DNA from: a virus
Lineage: Duplodnaviria > Caudoviricetes
Virus record (IMG/VR): IMGVR_UViG_3300030380_000566
Span: 1-51,883 of that record
Strand: one strand, 5' to 3'
Length of the DNA: 51,883 nucleotides
Shown: in pieces, positions 1 through 9,923 of the stretch
How positions within the stretch are numbered: the first letter of the stretch is position 1
Layout: every line of letters starts with the position of its first letter
The notes under the pieces: generated by a model
The model's database searches: none
Told to the model about the DNA's origin: nothing
What the model saw: only the letters and a program-made list of their open reading frames with translations
Translations under genes and position numbers: made by a program

Positions 1-2
1 GA

Positions 3-296
3 GGAACTACTAATTTTGGTAGAAGTCCTGCTAATAGTGGTTCTTATTATGATGGATATATAGCAGAAGTAATAGTTGTTGATGGTTCAGCATCTTATAC
101 AGATGTAGGTGAATTTAAAAATGGTGTCTGGATTCCTAAAAAATATACAGGAAGTTTTGGAAATAATGGATATCATCTTAAGTTTGAAAATGCAAGTGAT
201 TTAGGTAATGATAGTTCAGGAAACAATAATGATTTTACAGCAAATAACATGGGTGCAGACCATCAAGTGACTGATAGTCCAACATTTGGGAGTTAA
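3..296 (+). CDS. C-terminal part of a LamG/concanavalin A-like tail protein (partial; probably the same gene as 51662-51883)
   Basis: Not in the ORF track. Open frame from the window start, GTTNFGRS...YDGYIAEVIVVDG...GVWIPKKYTGSFGNNGYHLKFEN...LGNDSSGNNNDF...DSPTFGS*, a typical LamG-type phage tail C-terminus. Confidence 0.75.
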   Translation, partial: GTTNFGRSPANSGSYYDGYIAEVIVVDGSASYTDVGEFKNGVWIPKKYTGSFGNNGYHLKFENASDLGNDSSGNNNDFTANNMGADHQVTDSPTFGS

Positions 297-298
297 TT

Positions 299-2125
299 AT
301 GGCGAGTAGTGGAAATTTTTGTACGATAAACCCTTTAGGAGCACAAGGAGGAGGAACAACAAGTCCTAGTGCTTTATCTAATGGTAATACTGCAGCAACT
401 ATTCAGACTGACACACTTTTAGGAAATTTTGGTGTAACAAGTGGAAAATGGTATTGGGAATGGGCTTTGACTGGTAGTAGTACAAGTGGACAAGCAGTAG
501 GTTGGGCTAATCAACAAGTAAATACATTAGCAGAACTTGGATATAATAGTCCTTCATCAGCAACAGGAGCACAAATAGTTTATATGTATTTATCTAAAAA
601 TCCACCAGAAATAATATCTGATGCTCCTAAAAGTGGATCTAGTGGTACTGATTCTGATATGAGTGCAGCAATAGCACAAAATGATATTATAGGTTTAGCT
701 GCAGATTTTGATAATGATAAATGGTATTTTTCTATAAATGGTAGTTTTACAAATATGAGAAGTGGACAAAATCCTTCTGATGGTAGTAATCCTATGTGTA
801 GTGCATCTGGTGGAGGTGGATTAGTAACCATAGCTAGAACAGCAGGACTTACTTGGTTTCCTGCAATGGGAAATTGGTCTGCAGCTACAAGAGATATTAA
901 AGTTAATTTTGGTCAAGATTCTACATTTTCTGGAAGTTTTTCAGCAGGTGGTAATGCAGATGGTAATGGCTTTGGTGATTTTAAATATTCTGTACCAACA
1001 GGATTTTTAGCTTTATGTTCAGCTAACGTACCAACATCAGATGACATAGACCCTGCTGGAGATGATGGAGAAACAGAAAACCCTACTAAACAATTTAATA
1101 TACTTACTTATACAGGTAACTCTACAACAGGACAGTCACTAACTGGATTAGGCTTTAAACCTGATCTTATATGGGCAAAATGTAGTAGTCACGCACAAAA
1201 CAATCAATTATATGATTCTTCAAGAATGAATACCAGAGGAACACCTACACCATTTGGATTAAGAAGTGATACTAATGGTGCAGAGTTTGATGACCAATCA
1301 ACAGGAAACACTAATCCTATTATATCTTCTTTTGATACAGATGGTTTTACTTTAGGAACAAGTGGAAGTGGACCAAATGATAGTGGTAGAGAATATGTTG
1401 CGTGGTGTTGGAAAGCTAATGGAGGCACGACAGCTACGAATAATGAAGGTAATCATACTTGCACTTTACAAGCAAATGCAAAAGCAGGATTTAGCATAAT
1501 GACATTAGGCAATTATACAAGTGCTAGTGGAGTTACTATAGGTCATGGACTTGATACTGCTCCTGCTTTTTATATTCATAAATCTCGTGCATCATCTGGT
1601 GACTGGCATGTCTATCATAAATCTTTAGGTGCTACTAAAGCTTTGATATTAAATTCAAAGACTCCTCCTTTAACAGCAATAGGATATTGGGCTAATACAG
1701 AACCAACTGCTGATGTATTAAGTTTAGGAAATACATTTGCAGGAACAAATAATGGAGTAGTATATGCGTGGTCAGAAGTTGAAGGGTACAGTAAGTTTGG
1801 AAAATATATGGCAAATTCTAATGCAGATGGACCATTTATCTACACAGGGTTCAGACCCAGAATGGTATTTATAAAAATGGGTGCAGTTGAACAAGATAGT
1901 TGGTACGTTATGGATACCGAAAGAAGTAAATTTAATCAAATAGATAAATCATTAAGATGGAATCTTACGGATGCTGAACAGCAAGTATCACACACACGTA
2001 TAGATTTTTTATCTAATGGTTTTAAAATAAGAAATAATGAAGCATCATTAAATAGCACATCTTATGACCCATATTACTGGGGTGCATGGGGAGACGTGCC
2101 ATTCAAATATAACAATACTTTTTAG
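299..2125 (+). CDS. Tail fibre / receptor-binding protein with SPRY/ConA-like domain
   Basis: 608 aa, G/S/T-rich. Motifs SGKWYWE, NFGQDSTF, GFKPDLIWAK, YVAWCWKA, GPFIYTGFRP and IDFLSNGFKIR are typical of marine phage lectin-like tail proteins. Confidence 0.7.
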   Translation: MASSGNFCTINPLGAQGGGTTSPSALSNGNTAATIQTDTLLGNFGVTSGKWYWEWALTGSSTSGQAVGWANQQVNTLAELGYNSPSSATGAQIVYMYLSKNPPEIISDAPKSGSSGTDSDMSAAIAQNDIIGLAADFDNDKWYFSINGSFTNMRSGQNPSDGSNPMCSASGGGGLVTIARTAGLTWFPAMGNWSAATRDIKVNFGQDSTFSGSFSAGGNADGNGFGDFKYSVPTGFLALCSANVPTSDDIDPAGDDGETENPTKQFNILTYTGNSTTGQSLTGLGFKPDLIWAKCSSHAQNNQLYDSSRMNTRGTPTPFGLRSDTNGAEFDDQSTGNTNPIISSFDTDGFTLGTSGSGPNDSGREYVAWCWKANGGTTATNNEGNHTCTLQANAKAGFSIMTLGNYTSASGVTIGHGLDTAPAFYIHKSRASSGDWHVYHKSLGATKALILNSKTPPLTAIGYWANTEPTADVLSLGNTFAGTNNGVVYAWSEVEGYSKFGKYMANSNADGPFIYTGFRPRMVFIKMGAVEQDSWYVMDTERSKFNQIDKSLRWNLTDAEQQVSHTRIDFLSNGFKIRNNEASLNSTSYDPYYWGAWGDVPFKYNNTF

Positions 2126-2138
2126 GAGGTGAAATAAT

Positions 2139-2774
2139 ATGTGGGCTTATATAAAAGATAATAAAATAGAGGAAATAATAGCTAGACCAAAAGATATGGT
2201 CATCGATGATATTAGACATTCTCGAAGAATATTTAGTGCATGGACTTGGGATGAATTAAATGCCATAGGTATTTATACAGTAGAAGCAGGAACACAAGGT
2301 GATGATAGGTTTGAAACAACAAGTCAACCTACATACACTTTTAGTAGTTCTGATAAAAAAGTAACTACTAAATATACTACATCTGATAAAGCTTTAGATG
2401 ATGCAGAAGCTAAAGATGAGGATGGTAAAAATATATTAGACATTAATGGTAATAAAGTAATTAATTATGGATTAAAAACACTAGCTAAAAATCAATGTAA
2501 GATTACTGCTAATGAATTAATAGCTAGATTTAATTGGTTAGTAGAAAGAAGTATTTATGATAGTAGTAAAGCTATACCAGATGCAGTAAAAACTTATGTT
2601 GCTTCAATACGAACAGATTGTGCAGAAATAGAAACAGCAATAACAAATGCAAGTGATATGGATGCATTTAAAGTATTGTATACAGACGAGTTAAATAGTG
2701 ATGATACAGTAAAAACAGTAGCAAGAATACATAGGTGGACAAGTGATAGCACAGTTAAAAACTATATTAGGTAA
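2139..2774 (+). CDS. Tail-fibre-associated protein (possible assembly chaperone)
   Basis: 211 aa with SD AGGAGG, directly after the fibre gene. The ELNAIGIY and C-terminal W..ER...IPD.V..Y...IR patterns are seen in fibre-associated proteins. Confidence 0.5.
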   Translation: MWAYIKDNKIEEIIARPKDMVIDDIRHSRRIFSAWTWDELNAIGIYTVEAGTQGDDRFETTSQPTYTFSSSDKKVTTKYTTSDKALDDAEAKDEDGKNILDINGNKVINYGLKTLAKNQCKITANELIARFNWLVERSIYDSSKAIPDAVKTYVASIRTDCAEIETAITNASDMDAFKVLYTDELNSDDTVKTVARIHRWTSDSTVKNYIR

Positions 2775-2853
2775 AATAAAACAAAGACTATTTGGTAAAC
2801 TTTGTGAGTGTAAGCCTAAGAAAAAAAGAGGCAGACCGAGGAAGGCTAAATAA
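2743..2853 (+). CDS. Tiny basic protein with AT-hook (36 aa)
   Basis: Not in the ORF track. GTG start after AGGTGGA; MIAQLKTILGKIKQRLFGKLCECKPKKKRGRPRKAK*. The stop overlaps the holin start (TAATG). Confidence 0.55.
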   Translation: MIAQLKTILGKIKQRLFGKLCECKPKKKRGRPRKAK

Positions 2854-3236
2854 TGGCATTATTAAGTTTAATTGGTCCTGCGACTAAATTAATCGGTAAG
2901 TTTGTAAAAGATAAGGATAAACAAGCTCAACTTGCTCATGATTTATCTACTATGGCTGAAAGGCATGCTCAAGAACTAGCCTTAAAACAAATTGAAGTAA
3001 ACAAAGCTGAAGCACAAGGCAATTGGTTTCAATCTTCGTGGCGACCTCTAATAGGTTGGATCTGCGGATTATCATTAGCTATAAATTATATGGTAGCACC
3101 TATATTTGCTGGGTTCGGTGTAATTATACCACAAGCTGATATGAGTGTAATGATGCCGTTATTATTTGGTATGTTGGGTATTGCTGGTATGAGGTCATAT
3201 GATAAAACTAAACAAACAGACACAAAAGGAAAATAA
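2853..3236 (+). CDS. Holin (3TM holin family)
   Basis: 127 aa with the family pattern QIEVNKAEA...WRPLIGWICG...MMPLLFGMLGIAGMRSYDK and hydrophobic segments. Confidence 0.8.
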   Translation: MALLSLIGPATKLIGKFVKDKDKQAQLAHDLSTMAERHAQELALKQIEVNKAEAQGNWFQSSWRPLIGWICGLSLAINYMVAPIFAGFGVIIPQADMSVMMPLLFGMLGIAGMRSYDKTKQTDTKGK

Positions 3237-5081
3237 ATGCCTTTAACTGGTATAGATTTTAAACCTGGAATTGTAAAAGATATAACTACTTATTCTGCTG
3301 GTAAGGTTGGACCATATTGGACTGATGGGGATAAAGTAAGGTTTGTAAATGGCTTACCAGAAAAAATAGGTGGTTGGGTAAGAGAAACTACAACACCTAC
3401 TACTTTAACTTCTCATGATACTGTTGTTGCTGGTAGGTGTAGGGCTATGGTTAACTGGAGAGGTTTAGATGGTACAGATTTTGTAGCCTTTGGCACTGAG
3501 AAGCAATTACTAATATTATTAGGTGGTCAATTTTATGATATAACACCTTTAAGATCTACAAGCAGTTTAGGTAGTAATCCTTTAGCTACTACAGATGGTA
3601 GCAACGTAGTTACAGTAACTGATAACAGCCATGGAGCAGTAGCTGACGAGATTGTTACTTTTTCTAATGCTAGTGCTTTTAATAATGTTACTATTGAAGG
3701 TGCTTATCAAATTACTGAAGTAGTTAATGCTAATAGCTATAAAATAACTGCTGCGACTACTGCTAATGCTACTGGTGCTGGTGGTGGTGGTAGTATAACA
3801 GCTAAACATTTAATCGGTAAAAGTGAAGGATTATTGAATGCTTCTGCTTCAACTGCTCTTGGTTGGGGTACTGGTACTTGGGGTAGTGGCACATGGGACA
3901 CAGCCAGAAGCACAGGCTCTGTAACCTTAGAGTTAACAATATGGAGTTTAGAACTTTGGGGTGAAGATTTAATAGCTACAGTTAATAATCATAAAATGTA
4001 TTACTGGGATACCAGTGGTGGTGTAACCAGTAGGGCTACAGTAATAAGTAATGCACCTATAAAAAATAGATTTAGTATTATATCTTTCCCAGATAGACAT
4101 TTAGTGTCTATGGGTGCGTATGATAGTGGTGTTAGTGCACAAGATCCTATGTTAGTAGCTTTTTCAACACAAGGTGATTTTAACAACTGGACAGTATCAA
4201 CATCCACTACAGCAGGTTCTCAAAGATTGCAACTAGGTACTAAGATAATGGCAGCAGTATCAACTCGTGAGGAGATATTTATTGGTACGGATGAAGCGAT
4301 GTATGGTATGGCTTTTGTTGGACCACCATTTACTTTTGCTTTTAGATTGTTGGGTACTGGTTGTGGACCAATATCACAAAGGTGTATGGTTAATGAATCT
4401 GGTACAGTGTTCTGGATGGCTAGAGATAACTTTTTTATATTTGATGGTCAAGTTAGAGAGTTGCCTTGTCCTGTTCAGTATTTTGTATTTAACGATATGA
4501 ATAAACAACAAGTACAGAAAATATTTGGAGCTCTTAATAGAAAGTTCAAAGAAGTTATGTGGTTTTATGTTAGTAAATCAGCTAGTGATGAAGAGCCTGA
4601 TAAATATGTAATGTATAATTATGAACAAAATGTTTGGTCTATAGGTAGTATGACGAGAACTAATTGGAGAGATTCTTTTGGTATAAGAGAGGTGCCTTTT
4701 GCTACTGATAAAGAAGGTAGACTGTATAATCATGAAACTGGTACAGATGATGCTGGGTCTGCATTAACTGCGTTTATAGAAAGCTCTCCTGTTGAGTTAA
4801 GTGTGCCTAATGCACCTGATGGAACTAACTTATTTATGATAGATAGGCTTATACCAGACGCAACAATAACAGGCAATATGAAAGTAGAGTTAAAATCTAA
4901 AAAACACCCTTTAGGAACAGAAGTGACCAAAGGACCATTTACTATTTCACCATCTACCAGTAAAGTAAGTTGTAGGGCTAAAGGTCGGCAGATACAAGTT
5001 AAACTATCTAACACAGATGTTGGTGATACTTGGGCTTTAGGTAGATTTAGGATTAATTTAAAAGCAGATGGGTTACGATGA
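3237..5081 (+). CDS. Tail nozzle / packaged-DNA stabilisation protein (P22 gp10 or tail tubular B analogue)
   Basis: 614 aa, beta-rich. WTDGDKVRF..GLPEKIGGW N-terminus and C-terminal RAKGRQ...LG.FR; lies just before the ejection genes. Confidence 0.65.
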   Translation: MPLTGIDFKPGIVKDITTYSAGKVGPYWTDGDKVRFVNGLPEKIGGWVRETTTPTTLTSHDTVVAGRCRAMVNWRGLDGTDFVAFGTEKQLLILLGGQFYDITPLRSTSSLGSNPLATTDGSNVVTVTDNSHGAVADEIVTFSNASAFNNVTIEGAYQITEVVNANSYKITAATTANATGAGGGGSITAKHLIGKSEGLLNASASTALGWGTGTWGSGTWDTARSTGSVTLELTIWSLELWGEDLIATVNNHKMYYWDTSGGVTSRATVISNAPIKNRFSIISFPDRHLVSMGAYDSGVSAQDPMLVAFSTQGDFNNWTVSTSTTAGSQRLQLGTKIMAAVSTREEIFIGTDEAMYGMAFVGPPFTFAFRLLGTGCGPISQRCMVNESGTVFWMARDNFFIFDGQVRELPCPVQYFVFNDMNKQQVQKIFGALNRKFKEVMWFYVSKSASDEEPDKYVMYNYEQNVWSIGSMTRTNWRDSFGIREVPFATDKEGRLYNHETGTDDAGSALTAFIESSPVELSVPNAPDGTNLFMIDRLIPDATITGNMKVELKSKKHPLGTEVTKGPFTISPSTSKVSCRAKGRQIQVKLSNTDVGDTWALGRFRINLKADGLR

Positions 5082-5332
5082 GTTCAGGAGTTAGAAGAGG
5101 TAGATTACCAACACCACCAAGAACATATGATGCAACTTGGGCAAATCAGTTGGTTAATCAATTAGAATTAAATTTATCAACTACTAATTTAAGTTCATCT
5201 AAAGAGAGGTTTAATGTAACTAATGTTACTGATGATAGAACCTATGACGCAGACAGTACAACACTAGCAGAATTAGCAGATGTACTAGGTACACTAATAA
5301 ATGATTTAAGAGCAAGAGGATTAATAGGATAA
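5078..5332 (+). CDS. Small virion protein
   Basis: 84 aa, coupled to both neighbours (ATGA, TAATG); RLPTPPRTYD N-terminus. Confidence 0.6.
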   Translation: MSSGVRRGRLPTPPRTYDATWANQLVNQLELNLSTTNLSSSKERFNVTNVTDDRTYDADSTTLAELADVLGTLINDLRARGLIG

Positions 5333-6786
5333 TGGCAGTAGATGATAAAATATTAAGTGAACAAGATTTAGGTCTTAGTGGTATGGGTGGTTTAGGTAGC
5401 CTAAAATCAGAAGAAGGTATCCCTTATAAAACGTCTCAAGAAGTTGTACCACTATCAGAAGGTGGAGGATATTTTTACGGAACATCCGCAACCCCATCTC
5501 AAAGGTTTATATTTAGAAAAATAATGACAGACGCAGAGGGTAATCCTCAAAAGTTATTTGAAAACTTTAATACTTTAGATGATATTGAAAAACAATTTAT
5601 AGCTGAATCTGACCAACGCAGAGAAGAATTAACCCCAGAAGAACTTTCTACTTTAGATTTATTAAAAGACGCAGGAATAATAACAGCTGTTGAAACAGGC
5701 AAACCAGCAGTTAAAGCAGGGCTACAAACTTTAGTAGAAGGTGGCACGATGGATGCAGCTAAGGATGCAGCTAAAGGTGCATTACCTTTTGTACAAAGTG
5801 ATGCAGAAATTAGTAAGTCTATTACAGACCAGTTTACTTCTGATTATACTTTTGATGCTGGTGCTAGTGCTACAATAAGTGATACTCTAACTTCAGCACA
5901 AAAAGACCAACTTGTAAGAAGTGGTGATGCAACTAAAATTAAATTAAGAGATGGAAGCACAGGTTATGCTGTAGACCCTAATAGTGTATCAGGTAAAGAC
6001 TTTATAAGTCAAGGTAGTACAACTTATAGTAATCTTCCTCCTGGTGCAGGTGTTTCATATAGTACTCCTGGAGGTAGTGCACCTAATGTTAATTCTCCTA
6101 ATTACACTAGTGCTTATGAAACTCAAACAGCAATAGGTGGTGTTCCAACAACAGGAACATCAAGTTCAACAGGTGGATTTTTTAGTAAAGGTTCTGTTAA
6201 AGCTAGATATGACCAAGCTTTTAAAGCAGAGACTTTAGGGACTAATTTTGCTGTAGACTTTGCAGTAAACTTGGCTCTTGGTGATGGTAAGCCTAAAGAA
6301 AGAATAGAAGCAGCAGCAAAATCAGCAGCACTTTCAACTGCTGGTACAGCCATAGGTACAGCCATAGGTGGACCAGTAGGAGGTTTTATAGGTGGCACTA
6401 TTGGTAGTGTTGTGGCGAGTGGTGGGAGTGTTATATGTAGCGAATTATATAGGCAAAGATTAATTACTAAAGAAGATTATTTTATAAACCTAAGATTTAC
6501 AAGGTCGCATTTAATACCACAAAGAGGTTATAGCATTTTACAAGGATATTGGTTCATGGCTATACCTGTAGTAAAGATTATGCGTAAAAATAAAACAATG
6601 ACAAGAATATGGAAGCACATCTTCCAAAAAAGAACCTCAGACCTAAAATGGAGATTAGGTAAAGGTAAATTTAATTTATTAGGTAGAGTGTATAGTTTAG
6701 TTTTTGAGAACACTTGTGCTGTACTTGGTAAATTTTGTAGTGAGCAAGATTATCAAATATTATATAAGGAGAAAGCTAATGGCTGA
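5332..6786 (+). CDS. Putative internal virion protein with glycine zipper and C-terminal VICSELY domain
   Basis: 484 aa. A G-zipper (AGTAIGTAIGGPVGGFIGGTIG) is followed by a basic domain starting VICSELYRQ. Confidence 0.6.
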   Translation: MAVDDKILSEQDLGLSGMGGLGSLKSEEGIPYKTSQEVVPLSEGGGYFYGTSATPSQRFIFRKIMTDAEGNPQKLFENFNTLDDIEKQFIAESDQRREELTPEELSTLDLLKDAGIITAVETGKPAVKAGLQTLVEGGTMDAAKDAAKGALPFVQSDAEISKSITDQFTSDYTFDAGASATISDTLTSAQKDQLVRSGDATKIKLRDGSTGYAVDPNSVSGKDFISQGSTTYSNLPPGAGVSYSTPGGSAPNVNSPNYTSAYETQTAIGGVPTTGTSSSTGGFFSKGSVKARYDQAFKAETLGTNFAVDFAVNLALGDGKPKERIEAAAKSAALSTAGTAIGTAIGGPVGGFIGGTIGSVVASGGSVICSELYRQRLITKEDYFINLRFTRSHLIPQRGYSILQGYWFMAIPVVKIMRKNKTMTRIWKHIFQKRTSDLKWRLGKGKFNLLGRVYSLVFENTCAVLGKFCSEQDYQILYKEKANG

Positions 6787-7114
6787 ACAAGATATGAAAA
6801 AAGATATGCCTATGCCCAAGCCAACAATGCCAATGCCTCCTGAGGGTGCTAGAACTTTAAATGAAGCTATGCCTCCTGAGGGTGTTGATGTTATGAAAAG
6901 ACCAGACCAATCTATACAGATGGTTCTACTTTCAAGGCTAGAAAGCATGTCACCAGAAGAACTAAAAGAATTAGATAGAGCAATAGACAGTAAAACTGCT
7001 AAAGTATTAATGAAATTACTACCAGAACTAGAGGAACTTATAAATAGATCTATGAGTGCTAAAGGTGGTGCACCTAAAGATGATATGGGTGCTCTTGGTG
7101 GTATGATGGGATGA
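6779..7114 (+). CDS. Met/Pro-rich hypothetical protein
   Basis: Start moved to ATG 6779 (SD AAGGAG; MAEQDMKKDMP...). MPPEG occurs twice. Confidence 0.6.
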   Translation: MAEQDMKKDMPMPKPTMPMPPEGARTLNEAMPPEGVDVMKRPDQSIQMVLLSRLESMSPEELKELDRAIDSKTAKVLMKLLPELEELINRSMSAKGGAPKDDMGALGGMMG

Positions 7115-7545
7115 CTATAAGGTCTGCTAACCTTTTAGATACATCCGCATTAATATTAATGATTATGAAGATGCACACAGAATCAAAAGCTGATATACCA
7201 CCTCTAAATGTTAGTAAAGTTAGTGATGCTGTTACTGGTGCTATAAAGACTGGGTTAGTATACGTTGCTCTTGAGAAAGAGAACTTAATAGGTTCTATAG
7301 GTGGGGTAGTATCTACTGATTGGTTCTCTGAAGAGAAGATTTTAGGTGATTTATGGTTTTATGTAGATGATAAACATAGATCCTCAAATACAGCAGTTAG
7401 ACTAATAAAACAATTTATTTCTGCTGGTAAAAAAGCTAAAATAAAAATACGATTAGGACATATTTATTTTGGTGATATGGAACGTAAAGATGCTTTTTAT
7501 AATAAGTTAGGTTTTAATTTAATAGGACAAATATATTCGGAGTAA
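7111..7545 (+). CDS. GNAT-family N-acetyltransferase
   Basis: IRSA start, WFYVDDKHRSSNTAVRLI (motif A-like) and FYNKLGF (motif B). Confidence 0.75.
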   Translation: MTIRSANLLDTSALILMIMKMHTESKADIPPLNVSKVSDAVTGAIKTGLVYVALEKENLIGSIGGVVSTDWFSEEKILGDLWFYVDDKHRSSNTAVRLIKQFISAGKKAKIKIRLGHIYFGDMERKDAFYNKLGFNLIGQIYSE

Positions 7546-7548
7546 AAT

Positions 7549-8619
7549 ATGGGTGGTTTTTGCACAACAGGAACTCAAACAATACCAACAGAAACAGATG
7601 TATTAAAAGGCACCGAGATACCAGAGTATGTATCTCAAGGTGGTCAATTATTATTTTCTGAAGCTGTAAACTTAGCTGAACAACCTTTAGCTACTTTTGA
7701 AGGTTCTAGGTTGCCAGTGTATGGTAAAGTAGACCCAACAACAGGACAGCCAGCAGAACTAACTTATGAAACAATAACAGACCCAGATACAGGTGAAGAA
7801 ACTAGAAGGCTAACAACACCAACAACAGACTTATCTAAATTATCTCCAACAGAACAAATAGCACAACGCAAGTTATTAGACGCACCAGAAAGTTACGAAA
7901 GATTTATAACAGGAGGTCAAGGAACTCCTGGATTTGAAAATTTAATGGGTGATTTTTCAGCTAACATAGGCAACCTACAACCTACAGAGTTTGGTACAGC
8001 AGACGTTAATAAATACATGCCTACTTTTTTAACTTCTGTTGACCCAGCATTACAAGATGTATCGGATACATTTACAAGAAGAAGACAAGAGCTCGAAGGT
8101 ACTATGGGTGGCAGTGCATATGGTAGTTCTAGAATGGGTGTTGAGTCTGCAGAGCTCGCAAGAGGTGAAGCAAGAGAGCGAGGAAGATTGCTCGCTGATG
8201 CTGGGGCAAGAGGTCTAGAATTTTCTGCTGCCCAAGCAGAACGAGACAAGAATCGTGAAGAAAGAATATTTGATGTAACTCAAACTGCCAGACTAACAGG
8301 AGCAAGATCCTATCAAGATATTGTACCTGTTGTACGTTCTATAAGAGAATCTGAGGTAGCTGGTGAGTTAGGTGTAGGTGAAGGTCAAAGAATGTTAGAC
8401 ACACAAGCCTTAGAACTAGCCTACAGAGATTTTGTTGAACAGAGAGAGTATCCTTTTAGTGCTTTGAACTTTGCTATAGGTGCATTGAAGGGTATACCTT
8501 TTGAAACTAGAGAGTTTGCTCTACAAAGAGGTGGTGAAGTAGTACAATCACCTAGTGTATATGGTCAAACTATCGGTGGTTTAGGCACATTGTATAGTGC
8601 TTATAAGATGTTGAGTTAA
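7549..8619 (+). CDS. DNA ejection / internal virion protein 1
   Basis: 356 aa; GSAYGSSR motif, helical Q/A-rich middle and hydrophobic G-rich C-terminus. First of three ejection-type genes. Confidence 0.6.
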   Translation: MGGFCTTGTQTIPTETDVLKGTEIPEYVSQGGQLLFSEAVNLAEQPLATFEGSRLPVYGKVDPTTGQPAELTYETITDPDTGEETRRLTTPTTDLSKLSPTEQIAQRKLLDAPESYERFITGGQGTPGFENLMGDFSANIGNLQPTEFGTADVNKYMPTFLTSVDPALQDVSDTFTRRRQELEGTMGGSAYGSSRMGVESAELARGEARERGRLLADAGARGLEFSAAQAERDKNREERIFDVTQTARLTGARSYQDIVPVVRSIRESEVAGELGVGEGQRMLDTQALELAYRDFVEQREYPFSALNFAIGALKGIPFETREFALQRGGEVVQSPSVYGQTIGGLGTLYSAYKMLS

Positions 8620-8621
8620 TT

Positions 8622-9923
8622 ATGGTAGATATAAGTAATACAAATAAATTAGGTGCTAGTGAAACAGACCCAAAAGATTTACCTAACAATTTAGGTACAC
8701 TAGCTTTATTTCCTCAAGCTGCACAGTTTGCTGAAACTTTAGTTCCTAAAACTACTACTATATCTCCAGAAGAACAAGCCTTTTTATTCTTTACTAAAAT
8801 GGCAGCAGAAGCATCTAAACCAGGAGCCACTGCTATAGGTGCTGCTGGTGAAGCTGGGCAAGATTTAGTTAAAACTAGAATAGCACAAAAAACCTTAGAT
8901 AGTAAAAGAGCAGGTGATGTGGCGAGTGTTGCGAGTTCTATATTTAGTGCTATAAAGCCTAAAGTGGGAGCACCTAAGAGTGTTATAACTGATATAGCTA
9001 AAGATGTAACTACAAATAAACCTAAAGTAAATGATGCTGGTAAACAATTATATGTTTACACTAATTATGGTCCTAATGGTGAAATATTAGGAACTTTTGA
9101 AGCACCTAAGAGTGATGCTAGTACAACTGTTAACTTAGGTGGAGATGAAGCTGAAAAGATATTCGGTAAAAAGAAAGCTGAAGGTGTAATAAAATTTTAT
9201 GAAGGTGCTGGTACTGGTGATACTTTTAAACCAGGAGTTCCAGGACAAGCAATAAAAGCAGTAGACAACTTAACTAAAATAGAAACGATTGAAGCTTTTT
9301 TATTAGACCCAGAGGTTCAAACAGGTTACGGACAGCAATCTATTAATAAAGGTAAGCAACTTTTAAATAGAATAGGTTTTGGTGATTTTAATGAGCAGGC
9401 AATAGGTAAAGCTCAATCTGCAGAAGCTTTAACTAGTCAAATGGTTTTAGAAAGTGTACAGCAAATGAAAGGTGCATTGTCTGATAAAGAACTAACATTC
9501 TTACAAGAAATGCAAGGATCTGTAGGCAATACTAAAATAGCTAACTATTTAATTTTACTAGGTGCTAAACATGGTTTAAGAAAAAATTTAGAGTGGAATG
9601 ATTTCTTTAAAAAATTTAAAGAAGAAAGAAATCTTGACCCAGATGCTTCTCCATTAAGTATGGGCACTGATACTAAATCTAATTTAAAATTAGCTGAGAC
9701 TCTTAGGTCTAAATGGGAAAATTATGTAGTAAAAGATAGAGACAATATGTACGAGTTTCTAAAAAAAGATGCAGATAAATTTGTTAATGATTTAGAAGCA
9801 CAAGGTAAAAGTGATGATGAAATTGCTACAGCTTATCAAAATAAATATACTTTTATGGATAAAGGTAAAAGAGTCGACTCTTTACAATTAGTTGAGAGTA
9901 TATTTAATAGGATTAATAGATAA
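8622..9923 (+). CDS. DNA ejection / internal virion protein 2
   Basis: 433 aa, helical. QMKGALSDKELTFL motif is typical of podovirus ejection proteins. Confidence 0.55.
   Translation: MVDISNTNKLGASETDPKDLPNNLGTLALFPQAAQFAETLVPKTTTISPEEQAFLFFTKMAAEASKPGATAIGAAGEAGQDLVKTRIAQKTLDSKRAGDVASVASSIFSAIKPKVGAPKSVITDIAKDVTTNKPKVNDAGKQLYVYTNYGPNGEILGTFEAPKSDASTTVNLGGDEAEKIFGKKKAEGVIKFYEGAGTGDTFKPGVPGQAIKAVDNLTKIETIEAFLLDPEVQTGYGQQSINKGKQLLNRIGFGDFNEQAIGKAQSAEALTSQMVLESVQQMKGALSDKELTFLQEMQGSVGNTKIANYLILLGAKHGLRKNLEWNDFFKKFKEERNLDPDASPLSMGTDTKSNLKLAETLRSKWENYVVKDRDNMYEFLKKDADKFVNDLEAQGKSDDEIATAYQNKYTFMDKGKRVDSLQLVESIFNRINR

Noticed and set aside
299-2125. Diversity-generating retroelement target in the lectin-like tail gene
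   Set aside because: No reverse transcriptase gene and no template/variable repeat pair were seen.
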